A program made the position numbers and the translations under genes. 64,000 nucleotides of DNA from positions 8,351 to 72,350 of the forward strand of contig JASEGA010000005.1 in assembly GCA_030018315.1 (NCBI GenBank), in the 5' to 3' direction. Each line of letters opens with the position of its first letter. Within the stretch, counting starts at the first letter, position 1. Below the pieces are notes generated by a model that was not told the DNA's origin, did no database searches, and was given only the letters and a program-made list of their open reading frames with translations. Shown here piece by piece: positions 44,516-53,074 of the stretch. The stretch comes from a bacterium. GTDB lineage: Bacteria; Hydrothermota; UBA3073; JACQXS01; JAGMCI01.

Positions 44516-45796
44516 ATGAGTAAAATTGTATCATTACAGGCAAGGGAGATTCTTGATTCAAGAGGCAATCCTACAATTGAAGTAGATTGTGGACTTGCAA
44601 CAGGTATCTGTGGTAGAGTATCTGTCCCTTCTGGTGCATCTAAAGGGGCTTATGAGGCAATTGAACTAAGGGATGGTGATAAGAGGTATGGTGGTAAAGG
44701 GGTGCTTAAGGCAGTTGATAATGTAAACAATAAGATTGCAAAAAAGCTTGTTGGAATAGATGCCATGAAACAAGAAGAGATTGACCGTCTCTTAATTGAG
44801 CTTGATGGTACTCAAAACAAATCAACTCTAGGCGCCAATGCATGCATAGGGGTATCACTTGCAGTTGCTACTGCCTCTGCATTGGAGCTCGGCTTCCCTA
44901 TTTATAGGTATATTGGAGATATAGGGAGGTACAACCTCAAGATGAACACCTTACCTGTTCCAATGTTAAATGTCATAAATGGCGGCGTCCATGCAGATAA
45001 CAATCTTGATATACAAGAGTTTATGTTAGTCCCTGCTGGGGCTAAAAATTTTAGAGAAGCAGTAAGGATGGGAGCAGAGGTCTTTCATACCTTAAAGAAA
45101 TTACTTAAAGAGGCATGTTACTTTACCGGGGTAGGTGATGAGGGTGGCTTTGCTCCCAACCTCAAATCAAATCAGGAGGCGTGTGAATTTATATTGAAAG
45201 CCATAGAGACGGCTGGCTACAAACCTGGCAATGATGCATGGATTGCAATTGATGCAGCAGCAACCAGCTTTTATAAAGATGGTAAATATGTAATAGAAGG
45301 TAAGTCGCTCTCTACTCGTGAGCTTATAGATTTTTATAAAAGTTGGGTAAGTAAATTCCCAATCCTATCTATAGAGGATGGGCTTGCTGAAGATGACTGG
45401 GCTGGCTGGCAGCAGCTGACAAGTGAACTTAGTGATAAAGTTCTAATAATAGGCGACGACTTATATGTGACAAATGTGGCCCGTCTTAAGAAAGGTATAG
45501 AACTATGTGCTTCAAATGCAATCCTAATTAAGCCAAACCAGATAGGAACATTGACAGAGACTTTAAATTGCATAGATGTCGCCCAAAAAGATGGCTACAA
45601 GTGTGTAATCTCACACAGGTCAGGTGAGACAGAGTCCACATTTATAGCTCACCTTGCTGTAGGGACTGGCGTTGGAATTATAAAAGCAGGCTCAATGTCA
45701 AGGTCTGAGCGGATAGCTAAATACAACGAATTAATGAGGATAGAGGAAGAGCTTGGCAATACAGCTGTGTATCCCGGAATTGATGCCTTTAAGTAA
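44516..45796 (+). CDS. eno: enolase
   Basis: Motifs [21 protein letters not shown] and SHRSGETE. Confidence 0.95.
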   Translation: MSKIVSLQAREILDSRGNPTIEVDCGLATGICGRVSVPSGASKGAYEAIELRDGDKRYGGKGVLKAVDNVNNKIAKKLVGIDAMKQEEIDRLLIELDGTQNKSTLGANACIGVSLAVATASALELGFPIYRYIGDIGRYNLKMNTLPVPMLNVINGGVHADNNLDIQEFMLVPAGAKNFREAVRMGAEVFHTLKKLLKEACYFTGVGDEGGFAPNLKSNQEACEFILKAIETAGYKPGNDAWIAIDAAATSFYKDGKYVIEGKSLSTRELIDFYKSWVSKFPILSIEDGLAEDDWAGWQQLTSELSDKVLIIGDDLYVTNVARLKKGIELCASNAILIKPNQIGTLTETLNCIDVAQKDGYKCVISHRSGETESTFIAHLAVGTGVGIIKAGSMSRSERIAKYNELMRIEEELGNTAVYPGIDAFK

Positions 45797-45842
45797 AAAT
45801 ACACAGATAGATACAGATATGAATACGGATGGACACAGAAAG
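45797..45842. repeat. ACAGATA/ACGGATA-type oligo-repeat tract
   Basis: aaatacacagatagatacagatatgaatacggatggacacagaaag. Confidence 0.6.
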
Positions 45843-45844
45843 TT

Positions 45845-46081
45845 ATGAATGTGAAAAAGGTGATTATCATCCTATTTTTGATTGTATCTATTTATGTGCT
45901 TGTATTCAGCCCATGTGGGCTTGTAAAGATAATCTCAATTAGGCTCAATATTTGGAAGGTGCAAGATGAGATAAACATACTCAAGGCTAAAGAAATTGTA
46001 CTTGAACGTGAGACTAAATTGCTTGAGAGTGATCCAGAATATATAAAGAGAGCCATTCGTGAGAAATTGGGTATAGAATGA
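45845..46081 (+). CDS. ftsB: septum formation initiator (FtsB/DivIC family)
   Basis: 78 aa with an N-terminal TM plus coiled coil, ending EKLG, in eno-ftsB synteny. Confidence 0.65.
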   Translation: MNVKKVIIILFLIVSIYVLVFSPCGLVKIISIRLNIWKVQDEINILKAKEIVLERETKLLESDPEYIKRAIREKLGIE

Positions 46082-46611
46082 GTAAACGAGCAGTATATCC
46101 TGGCACTTTTGACCCCATTACTAATGGGCATCTTGATATAATCAAGAGGGCACTTAATTTGTTTAAGTCTGTGATTGTTCTTGTAGTAGAGCATAGTGAA
46201 AAATCGCCAATGTTTAGTGTTAAAGAAAGGGTTAGATTTGTGCGTGAGGTTACAAAGATATATAAAGGGGTTGAGGTTGATTCATTTGATGGTTTACTTG
46301 TTGATTATATAAAAAACAAGGGAGCAAAAGTAATAATAAGGGGACTACGTGCTATATCAGATTTTGACTACGAGTTCCAGCTTACCCAACTAAATCGTAA
46401 GCTTTGTCCTGAAATAGAGACTATATTCATTATGCCGGGTGAAGAGCATTTCTTCTTATCATCAAGTATGGTAAAAGAAATTGCCTCGCATGGCGGCGAT
46501 GTAACTCAATTTGTGCCTAAAATAGTAGCTGATGCATTAAAGAAGAACACCAGGATAAACACAGATAGAAGTAAAACACGAATAGACACGGATAAACGGA
46601 GTAATGTATGA
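46078..46611 (+). CDS. coaD: phosphopantetheine adenylyltransferase
   Basis: YPGTFDPITNGHLDII and RGLRAISDFDYE. About 20 C-terminal codons (NTRINTDRSKTRIDTDKRSNV) are encoded by a repeat tract. Confidence 0.9.
   Translation: MSKRAVYPGTFDPITNGHLDIIKRALNLFKSVIVLVVEHSEKSPMFSVKERVRFVREVTKIYKGVEVDSFDGLLVDYIKNKGAKVIIRGLRAISDFDYEFQLTQLNRKLCPEIETIFIMPGEEHFFLSSSMVKEIASHGGDVTQFVPKIVADALKKNTRINTDRSKTRIDTDKRSNV
46547..46602. repeat. ACAGATA/ACGGATA-type oligo-repeat tract
   Basis: aacaccaggataaacacagatagaagtaaaacacgaatagacacggataaacggag, inside the coaD 3' end. Confidence 0.6.
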
Positions 46612-47429
46612 AATTAGTTGACCTCCATATTCATACCATATTTTCGGATGGTACACTTTCACCTCATGAAGTAGTGAGGCTTGCTGCTTCAAAAGGACTC
46701 TCTGCTATAGCTATAACTGACCATGATGAACTTAGCGGTCTACCTGATGCAACTGAGGCGGGTAACCAATTTGGGATTAGCATAATTTCAGGAGTTGAGC
46801 TTTCAGGTAGGCTAAAAGATAAAAGTGTGCACATACTTGGCTATTTTGTGGACAAAGAAAACCGAGAGTTAATTAATTTCATACAGTCTATGAAACAATC
46901 AAGATTTGACAGGGCAGAAAAAATTGTTGAAAAACTAAATGAGCATGGTATTTATATAACGATTGATGATATAAAAATACGCTCCGGGTTAGGTGGCATT
47001 GGCAGACTCCATATAGCAGAGACACTTATGGATGCCGGTGTAGTGAAAGACACACATGAGGCATTCTCAAAGTATATAGGTTATGGTAAGTCTTGCTATG
47101 TCTCAAAGTCAAATATATCTACTAAATTCGTTATAGAGCTTATCATTAAGGCGGGTGGAATCCCTGTTATTGCACACCCGTCATTACATGATACAGAAGA
47201 TTTAATATCAGAACTTATAAACGAAGGGATTATGGGAATTGAAGTTTGGTATCCAACACATTCTGAATCACAAGTTAAGAAGTATCTTGAGATAGCTAAA
47301 AAGTATAGACTTGTACCTACCGGTGGTTCAGACTCACATGGGACACGACCAGGATACCCGGGAATTGGCGAGTTTACTATACCTTATGATGTTTTAGATA
47401 GGTTAATAGAAGCTAAAAATAGGATATAG
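46608..47429 (+). CDS. PHP-domain phosphoesterase (TrpH/YciV-like)
   Basis: Motifs DLHIHTIFSDG, ITDHD, IAHP and GGSDSHG. Confidence 0.8.
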   Translation: MKLVDLHIHTIFSDGTLSPHEVVRLAASKGLSAIAITDHDELSGLPDATEAGNQFGISIISGVELSGRLKDKSVHILGYFVDKENRELINFIQSMKQSRFDRAEKIVEKLNEHGIYITIDDIKIRSGLGGIGRLHIAETLMDAGVVKDTHEAFSKYIGYGKSCYVSKSNISTKFVIELIIKAGGIPVIAHPSLHDTEDLISELINEGIMGIEVWYPTHSESQVKKYLEIAKKYRLVPTGGSDSHGTRPGYPGIGEFTIPYDVLDRLIEAKNRI

Positions 47430-47455
47430 AATACAGTAGGTAGGATACGGATAAC
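47422..47455. repeat. ACAGATA/ACGGATA-type oligo-repeat tract
   Basis: ggatatagaatacagtaggtaggatacggataac. Confidence 0.5.
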
Positions 47456-47463
47456 TTTTATTT

Positions 47464-47685
47464 ATGTGCTTAGGAATTCCGGTTCAGGTAATAGAAATTA
47501 AAGAAAATAGTATGGCGATAGCTGAAATAGGTGGAGTGAGACGTGAAATTTGTATCGCTCTTGTGCCAGGAGTAAAGATTGGTGACTGGGTCATCCTGCA
47601 CGCCGGGTTTGCTATTCAGATACTTGATGAAAAAGAAGCTAAAGACACCCTTAAACTCCTTAAAGAAATAAGTTTATTGAGTTAA
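47464..47685 (+). CDS. hypC: HypC/HybG/HupF-family hydrogenase maturation chaperone
   Basis: 73 aa, starting MCLGIP and containing GDWVILHAGFAI. Confidence 0.75.
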   Translation: MCLGIPVQVIEIKENSMAIAEIGGVRREICIALVPGVKIGDWVILHAGFAIQILDEKEAKDTLKLLKEISLLS

Positions 47686-47715
47686 TAGAGTTTGTAGAGT
47701 TTATACAATCTTCTT

Positions 47716-48735
47716 CTATGGACCCGACTTAAATTCAATAGTTCTTATTGGGAACGGAATCACAATACCTTCATCTCTGTATCTTTTACGCAGCCTTTTT
47801 ATAAACTCATGAATTATAAGATATCGTGCAACATATTCTTTTGCACGAAGGACGACAGTAAATTTTATACTGGAATCAGCAAAAGTATTATATCTTATAA
47901 ACGGCTCAAACCCTGGCACACCACCAGGGATTTCAGATAACACCTGCTTAGCTACATCAATAGTTACCTTCTCAACCTTATCTAGGTCAGAGTCATAGCT
48001 CACCCCCACATCTACAAGTACAGCTAACTCTGGTTCCGGTGAATAGAAGTTAGTTATTTGTGTATTGGAGAGTTTTAAATTTGGAATTATAACTTCATTA
48101 TTTGGTAATGTTCTAATCCTTGTACTACGCCAGCCAATCTGTGTCACATAGCCTTCTTCGCCTGATTCCAGCTTTATATAATTACCGACACTGACAGGCT
48201 TATCTATCAAAATATGAATCCCTGAAAACAGGTTTGATAAAGTATCCTGCAGTGCCAATGCAATAGCTAAACTTGCTACCCCTAACGAAGCTATTAAAGG
48301 AGTTATTGATATACCAAATGAGTTGAGTATAATCAAGCCAATAATTGCTAACATAACAACTCTGAAAATTGTCTTTAGTACAGTGCCTGCTGTCTTTATA
48401 AACTCTATACGTTTTGAGTATACCCTAATCCAGTTGACAAATAATCTATCAAGAAATAATATTATTCCAAAAACAAAAATACAGATTGCTGTTATCTGTG
48501 TGTATTTATTTACCTTTGTCGGTAAATTGACTGCATCTATCCAGAGCTTGATTCCGAGTGCTAATAGGATTAGAATAAGGGGTGCAGAGATAGAATTAAC
48601 TATTATATCATCAAATATACTATGAGTCTTCTTAGCTGTTGTCCTTAATAGCTTAACTACAACTGGAATCACAACAAAGAGTATTGCTATCCATACACCA
48701 AGCAAAACAGTTGGTAATAACCAATTAGTTAACAT
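47716..48735 (-). CDS. mechanosensitive ion channel (MscS family)
   Basis: N-terminal TM helices, pore-helix region GVASLAIALALQDTLSNLFSG and a beta-domain. AAGGAGGG SD. Confidence 0.85.
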   Translation of the reverse strand: MLTNWLLPTVLLGVWIAILFVVIPVVVKLLRTTAKKTHSIFDDIIVNSISAPLILILLALGIKLWIDAVNLPTKVNKYTQITAICIFVFGIILFLDRLFVNWIRVYSKRIEFIKTAGTVLKTIFRVVMLAIIGLIILNSFGISITPLIASLGVASLAIALALQDTLSNLFSGIHILIDKPVSVGNYIKLESGEEGYVTQIGWRSTRIRTLPNNEVIIPNLKLSNTQITNFYSPEPELAVLVDVGVSYDSDLDKVEKVTIDVAKQVLSEIPGGVPGFEPFIRYNTFADSSIKFTVVLRAKEYVARYLIIHEFIKRLRKRYRDEGIVIPFPIRTIEFKSGP

Positions 48736-48755
48736 TATACCCTCCTTCTTTTATT

Positions 48756-48800
48756 AAAAACGAACAAAACGAATGACAGCGAATAATTTGCTATCATTCG
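48756..48800 (-). terminator. intrinsic terminator after the amidase gene, built from ATGACGAA-type repeat units
   Basis: The minus-strand RNA reads CGAAUGAUAGC-aaauuauu-GCUGUCAUUCG (11 bp including one G-U), followed by UUUUGUUCGUUUUU. Confidence 0.6.
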
Positions 48801-48816
48801 GGTAATTCGTTACAGT

Positions 48817-49932
48817 TTAATAATTCATTTGCTCTTCATACCATTTCTTAAATTCTTGCACTCCTTTTACAATTCCAGTTGCAATTTTAGCACGAAAATC
48901 TTCATTTCTTAAATTCTCCTCTCCTTTTGTATTTGATATAAATGCAACCTCTATCAAACAAGCTGGCATATAAGTCCCGCGTAGGACAAAAAAGTTTGCC
49001 TGCTTCACTCCCCTATTATATGTAGAAGCAGAAGTTGAAATAAGACTCACAAGCTTACCTGCAAGAAAATTTGATTCCTTCAGAAATTCAGTTTGTGCCA
49101 TATCCCATAAAATAGCTTCTACTTCTCCTCTATACTCTGGTAGCTCATACTTAAGACTTGCATTCTCTCTTGCCTCTACAGCCCTCTCCCATGTAGTCTT
49201 GGCAGGCGATAAGAAATAAACCTCAGTTCCACATCTTTCTTTAGACGAAGCATAATTACAATGAATTGATAAAAATAAGTCTGCCTTACACTGGTTAGCA
49301 ATCTTTGTACGCTCTAAAAGTGAGATAAATGTGTCAATATCTCTTGTAATGATACAGGTAATGCCAAGCTCTGACTCAATAAGTTTAACTACCTTTTTTG
49401 CAATATCAAGCACTACATCTTTTTCTTTTAGCCCCTTATGGCCAACTGCACCTGAGTCATGACCTCCGTGCCCGGGGTCTATCACAATCTTTTCTATCCG
49501 CATCCCAATCCTGTAAGTACTAAGTTTATCACCTTCTATGTGTATATTTTGAGATAAGAAATACCCTATTACCTCATTTAAAACTGGTATAGGAAGCCAA
49601 AGCATATCTTTTGCAACTTTGGGTGCCACTGGCATATTTAGGAGCTTTGAATTTATTGTAATCCATGGATTATCTGGAATAAGGACGACCTTTTTACCTT
49701 GATACTCAACAATCCACCTGTGGCGGATTGAGTCGCATGAAACATTAAATCCAAATGCAAGTTGTAAATCATTTAGGTTAAAATAATTAAATCCATCTAT
49801 GATTTGATAGTTAATATCATAGAAGTCCTGATTATATTCAAAAGTTAGTGATTTAGAGTAAATATTAAGTGGAATTAAAAGAGCTACTGCTATCCTGAAA
49901 TAAATATTCGGGAGTAGTATCTTATCACTCAC
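48817..49932 (-). CDS. N-acetylmuramoyl-L-alanine amidase (Amidase_3) with N-terminal extra domain
   Basis: Motifs IDPGHGGHDSGAVG, LFLSIHCN and EVAFISN. GTG start. Confidence 0.85.
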   Translation of the reverse strand: MSDKILLPNIYFRIAVALLIPLNIYSKSLTFEYNQDFYDINYQIIDGFNYFNLNDLQLAFGFNVSCDSIRHRWIVEYQGKKVVLIPDNPWITINSKLLNMPVAPKVAKDMLWLPIPVLNEVIGYFLSQNIHIEGDKLSTYRIGMRIEKIVIDPGHGGHDSGAVGHKGLKEKDVVLDIAKKVVKLIESELGITCIITRDIDTFISLLERTKIANQCKADLFLSIHCNYASSKERCGTEVYFLSPAKTTWERAVEARENASLKYELPEYRGEVEAILWDMAQTEFLKESNFLAGKLVSLISTSASTYNRGVKQANFFVLRGTYMPACLIEVAFISNTKGEENLRNEDFRAKIATGIVKGVQEFKKWYEEQMNY

Positions 49933-49933
49933 G

Positions 49934-49963
49934 TAGATTCTTCGCTATCGCTCAAATTGACAG
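49934..49963 (+). repeat. degenerate copy of the GATTCTTC...TGACA motif
   Basis: tagattcttcgctatcgctcaaattgacag, between smpB and the amidase gene. Confidence 0.45.
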
Positions 49964-49972
49964 TTTATAGCT

Positions 49973-50404
49973 CTAAATGTTTTGAGCCCTTATTTCTCTT
50001 TCAAGGTCTCTCATTTTAATAGCTTCACGCTTCTCGTATTTCTTTTTACCACGACAGATTGCGAGCTCAATTTTTACCTTACCTCGCTTGTTAAGATACA
50101 AAGCGAGTGGAATAAGAGTAAACCCCTTTTCAGAAACTTTGCCAATGATACGATTTATCTCATCCCTATGTAGTAGCAGTTTTCTATTACGCTTTGGGTC
50201 AATTGAGTTCCTTGAGCTCTCATAATGTGCTATATGGAGACCGATGACAAAGATTTCATCACCTAAAATCTTACAAAAGCTGTCTGATAGCGATACTTTA
50301 CCTTCTCTTATAGACTTGACCTCAGGCCCAAGAAGTGAGACTCCTGCCTCATAGCGCTCAATAATATTATATTCATATCTTGCTTTCCTATTCTCAATCC
50401 TCAT
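49973..50404 (-). CDS. smpB: SsrA-binding protein
   Basis: MRIENRKARYEYNIIERYEAGVSLLGPEVKSIREGK...RKLLLHRDEI. I prefer the ATG at 50404; the track's extension to 50503 overlaps the upstream gene. Confidence 0.9.
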   Translation of the reverse strand: MRIENRKARYEYNIIERYEAGVSLLGPEVKSIREGKVSLSDSFCKILGDEIFVIGLHIAHYESSRNSIDPKRNRKLLLHRDEINRIIGKVSEKGFTLIPLALYLNKRGKVKIELAICRGKKKYEKREAIKMRDLEREIRAQNI

Positions 50405-51788
50405 TTTGAGGTTCTTCACAAAAAACTTCTGCCTGAAACCGATAGATTTCAGCCTCCTTCCAGGCATCGGAAGGTAACCCTGCTTTCCAGCAAGTTTGTT
50501 CAATAAACTTATCCCTATCCCACTTATATTCTGTAGCTACCTGTGGCAACAAAAGGCCTGAATATACACCTTTCTTTATGTAAAGACCGTCGCGTCCTAC
50601 CTGTATTTCATCTATAGATTTAACACGTTGAAGTGGGCTAAGCACTGATATCTCAATTTTAAGTTCTGCCAGCTCCTCCGGGCTCACTGGTGTAAACCTT
50701 GGATCCCCCATAGCAGCCTCTACTGCCATCTCAGCCACTGTTTGATAAAGTGGTTTAGCCGGTAAAATATAGCCAATACAACCACGCAGCTCATTATTCC
50801 GTTTGATTGTCACAAAACAGCCTCTCTTCTCTCTCATGCTTGTAAACTCTGGCGGATTTATCTTTTCTTTTGGAGCACCAGTTACTGCACGTGTTATTGA
50901 ATTTCTTGCCAGCTTAAGTAGAAAATCTTTGTCCTCTTTAGATAACTTAGCTGTTTTAGGATTAATAAGCATAAAACTTGCATATCCAACTACATAGCCA
51001 CTCATCATACCAGTGACATCACCAGAATTTGTTGAGTAAAGTAGCATCGCCTCTTTTGCACCAAGTTTCTGTGCTGCAAGCATACAGGTGACAATCGCAC
51101 CACCACCACAAGCAGCACCACGTTCAGTAAAAGCTTTATGAAACCCTTCAATGTCATATTCACAGATTAAAGAAGTTGACTCTTTAACACTTAGTTTACA
51201 CTCATCATAGTCATACCCATGATAAAAGTCAGATGATGCAACTATAAGTACACTCTTTCCCGTTACTGACTTAACTATAGCATCAGCAAGTATTTTACAA
51301 ACTCCAATAGATTGGTCACCCATACAGATTGGGACAATCTTGAACTCCTTAAGTACAGTCTGAAGAAAAGGTAACTCTACCTCTAACGAATGCTCCTCCT
51401 GGTGTGGCTCTATCATACCAGTGATATATTTACTTTGAGGTGCTACCTCTTGTGAAATAATAGCTTCTGCAAGAGAAGAGTCTATTTCAACTTCACCAAG
51501 TGGTGTCTTAAATGAACCTGTCGGATAAACAGCTGCTCCCCTAAATGGGAACTGGTGTGACGGTCCAATAATTATCACTGTATCGTATTTTTTACCCTCA
51601 ATTTGCTTAAAAGCATAAGAAGCTGTCTGGCCTGAGAATTCATAGCCTGCATGTGGCACAATAAGGCCGAAGATTTTAGCCTCTATTTTTTCTGGCACAC
51701 TTTTTAGGAATTTCTGAATTGAACTTTTGAGCACTGCTGGATTCCCCGGATAAAATTGACCCGCAACAGCCGGCTCTCTTACATTCAT
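50394..51788 (-). CDS. fusion of Memo-like (AmmeMemoRadiSam protein B) and AMMECR1 (protein A) domains
   Basis: N-terminal half: EPAVAGQFYPG, VPHAGYEFSG and SSDFYHG (Memo/extradiol-dioxygenase-B-like). C-terminal half: CFVTI....LRGCIGY and DPRF.PV (AMMECR1). A GGAGG SD precedes the ATG at 51788. Confidence 0.8.
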   Translation of the reverse strand: MNVREPAVAGQFYPGNPAVLKSSIQKFLKSVPEKIEAKIFGLIVPHAGYEFSGQTASYAFKQIEGKKYDTVIIIGPSHQFPFRGAAVYPTGSFKTPLGEVEIDSSLAEAIISQEVAPQSKYITGMIEPHQEEHSLEVELPFLQTVLKEFKIVPICMGDQSIGVCKILADAIVKSVTGKSVLIVASSDFYHGYDYDECKLSVKESTSLICEYDIEGFHKAFTERGAACGGGAIVTCMLAAQKLGAKEAMLLYSTNSGDVTGMMSGYVVGYASFMLINPKTAKLSKEDKDFLLKLARNSITRAVTGAPKEKINPPEFTSMREKRGCFVTIKRNNELRGCIGYILPAKPLYQTVAEMAVEAAMGDPRFTPVSPEELAELKIEISVLSPLQRVKSIDEIQVGRDGLYIKKGVYSGLLLPQVATEYKWDRDKFIEQTCWKAGLPSDAWKEAEIYRFQAEVFCEEPQNED

Positions 51789-51840
51789 ATTTCTACCTCC
51801 ATCACTCAATACTACTAAGTTTTACACAACCCTTTCCTTT

Positions 51841-51869
51841 AATTTATATATTAGTTGCTTAATTGTCAA
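51841..51869 (-). promoter_or_regulatory. sigma70-type promoter for the Memo-AMMECR1 gene
   Basis: Minus strand reads TTGACA, 17-nt spacer, TAAATT. The leader is about 45 nt and carries an SD. Confidence 0.5.
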
Positions 51870-52020
51870 GATAAAAAACAGAAACTGAAGCTCTTCTTTT
51901 TAAAGTGTAAACAGTTACTGTTTGTAATTAATTTTACTAATTGGAAAGTAGGATAAGTACAAGTTAAGATAATTAGGTGTAAACTTTGGGGCTGATGTTC
52001 AATAAGAAATCTTTTATAAT

Positions 52021-52908
52021 TTAGAATATAATTGAACCAGAAATTCTTTTGACTAAGCCAAGGTCCGGATGGAACTTGACTCCATAATCAAGCTTTATTG
52101 TTCGATGAACTATGCCACAGCCGGCACTAAAAATTCCTTTGTCCCAACCGAGTCTAACAGCTAACCTTTGTTTCCACCAGTACTCAAACCCAATGTATGT
52201 ATCTGTGTGTAGTGGCACAATCTCAGCCACCCTTTTTTCTGGGCTTGTATCAAATCCTAAACAAATGTTTAACTTACCAACAGTAAAATTATGGACTGCT
52301 GATATTCCTGTCTTTATAAGTGGCGATATCCAATCTCTTAGAGTAGTGTCTGACCCAAAAATCTCTGTCCCTGTCAAGTTGACAATGTTTACTCCATAAG
52401 TTACACCTTTAAAATCTGATAGTATACCTAAATCTGTTCCCACTCCATACGCAGTTGCTATATCCCAATCTCTAAATATGCATTTAATATTTAAACCAAG
52501 CTTAAATTTTGTAAACTCGCGTGCGTAAGAAAAGTATCCAACATAATCACATACATCTACATATTCATTAATATTTATGCCAGCCTCAGATGAGTCTGTA
52601 ATTCCTATTTCAGGGACCCCAACCCAATAAAGTGCTACCCCTAATGTGTATGATGGAGCTGGATAAGTGATAGCAACTGTATTAGTTTGCACTATCCCGG
52701 CCTCAAAATCTTCTGAATGCATCAGGAACAGTTCACGATTTTTAACTCTCACAAGACCTGCCGGATTCCAGTAAAATGCAGTCGGGTCATCTGCAAGTGC
52801 AACAAATGCATTCCCCATTCCAAGAGCCCTTGCACCGACACCTATTTCCATAAATTCGCCTAAATATACATCACCAAAACCTAACAACAAACAAAATAGA
52901 AATAACAT
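52021..52908 (-). CDS. PorV/PorQ-family outer-membrane beta-barrel protein
   Basis: N-terminal GVGARALGMGNAFVALADDPTAFYWNPAGL signature, alternating beta-strand pattern and a terminal aromatic (..GSIIF). Confidence 0.6.
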   Translation of the reverse strand: MLFLFCLLLGFGDVYLGEFMEIGVGARALGMGNAFVALADDPTAFYWNPAGLVRVKNRELFLMHSEDFEAGIVQTNTVAITYPAPSYTLGVALYWVGVPEIGITDSSEAGININEYVDVCDYVGYFSYAREFTKFKLGLNIKCIFRDWDIATAYGVGTDLGILSDFKGVTYGVNIVNLTGTEIFGSDTTLRDWISPLIKTGISAVHNFTVGKLNICLGFDTSPEKRVAEIVPLHTDTYIGFEYWWKQRLAVRLGWDKGIFSAGCGIVHRTIKLDYGVKFHPDLGLVKRISGSIIF

Positions 52909-52956
52909 TTCTATTCTAAAATATTATATGATTACCTATTTGTCAACCAAAATAAT

Positions 52957-53001
52957 TCATTGATGTAGACAGATTGATTTCAGTCTATCTCAATGATTAT
53001 T
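52957..53001. repeat. imperfect inverted repeat containing the CAGTCTAnnTCAATGATTATT motif
   Basis: cattgatgtagac ... gtctatctcaatg. The 21-mer at 52981-53001 recurs (19/21) at 60386-60406. Confidence 0.55.
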
Positions 53002-53004
53002 CTC

Positions 53005-53033
53005 TTGACATTTGTTCGCCATTGATTTAAACT
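53005..53033 (+). promoter_or_regulatory. sigma70-type promoter for dgt
   Basis: TTGACA, 17-nt spacer, TAAACT. The predicted start falls at the left edge of the 28-bp palindrome (53036-53063). Confidence 0.5.
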
Positions 53034-53035
53034 GA

Positions 53036-53063
53036 GTAGGGGTTTGATTAATCAAACCCCTAC
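53036..53063. repeat. 28-bp GTAG...CTAC palindrome, copy 2 (perfect)
   Basis: gtaggggtttgattaatcaaacccctac, a perfect 14+14 palindrome in the dgt 5' UTR. Confidence 0.85.
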
Positions 53064-53074
53064 AATGACAAGTT

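Noticed and set aside
49973-50503. Long starts given in the track for smpB (50503), the HAD gene (10631 TTG), the rhomboid gene (43805 TTG), the C25-like gene (17644 GTG), dnaK (23002 GTG), the Memo-AMMECR1 gene (51809) and the DUF3108-like gene (58600)
   Set aside because: In each case a downstream ATG fits family N-termini, an SD or promoter geometry better. The extra upstream codons overlap a neighbouring gene, a promoter or a repeat element.
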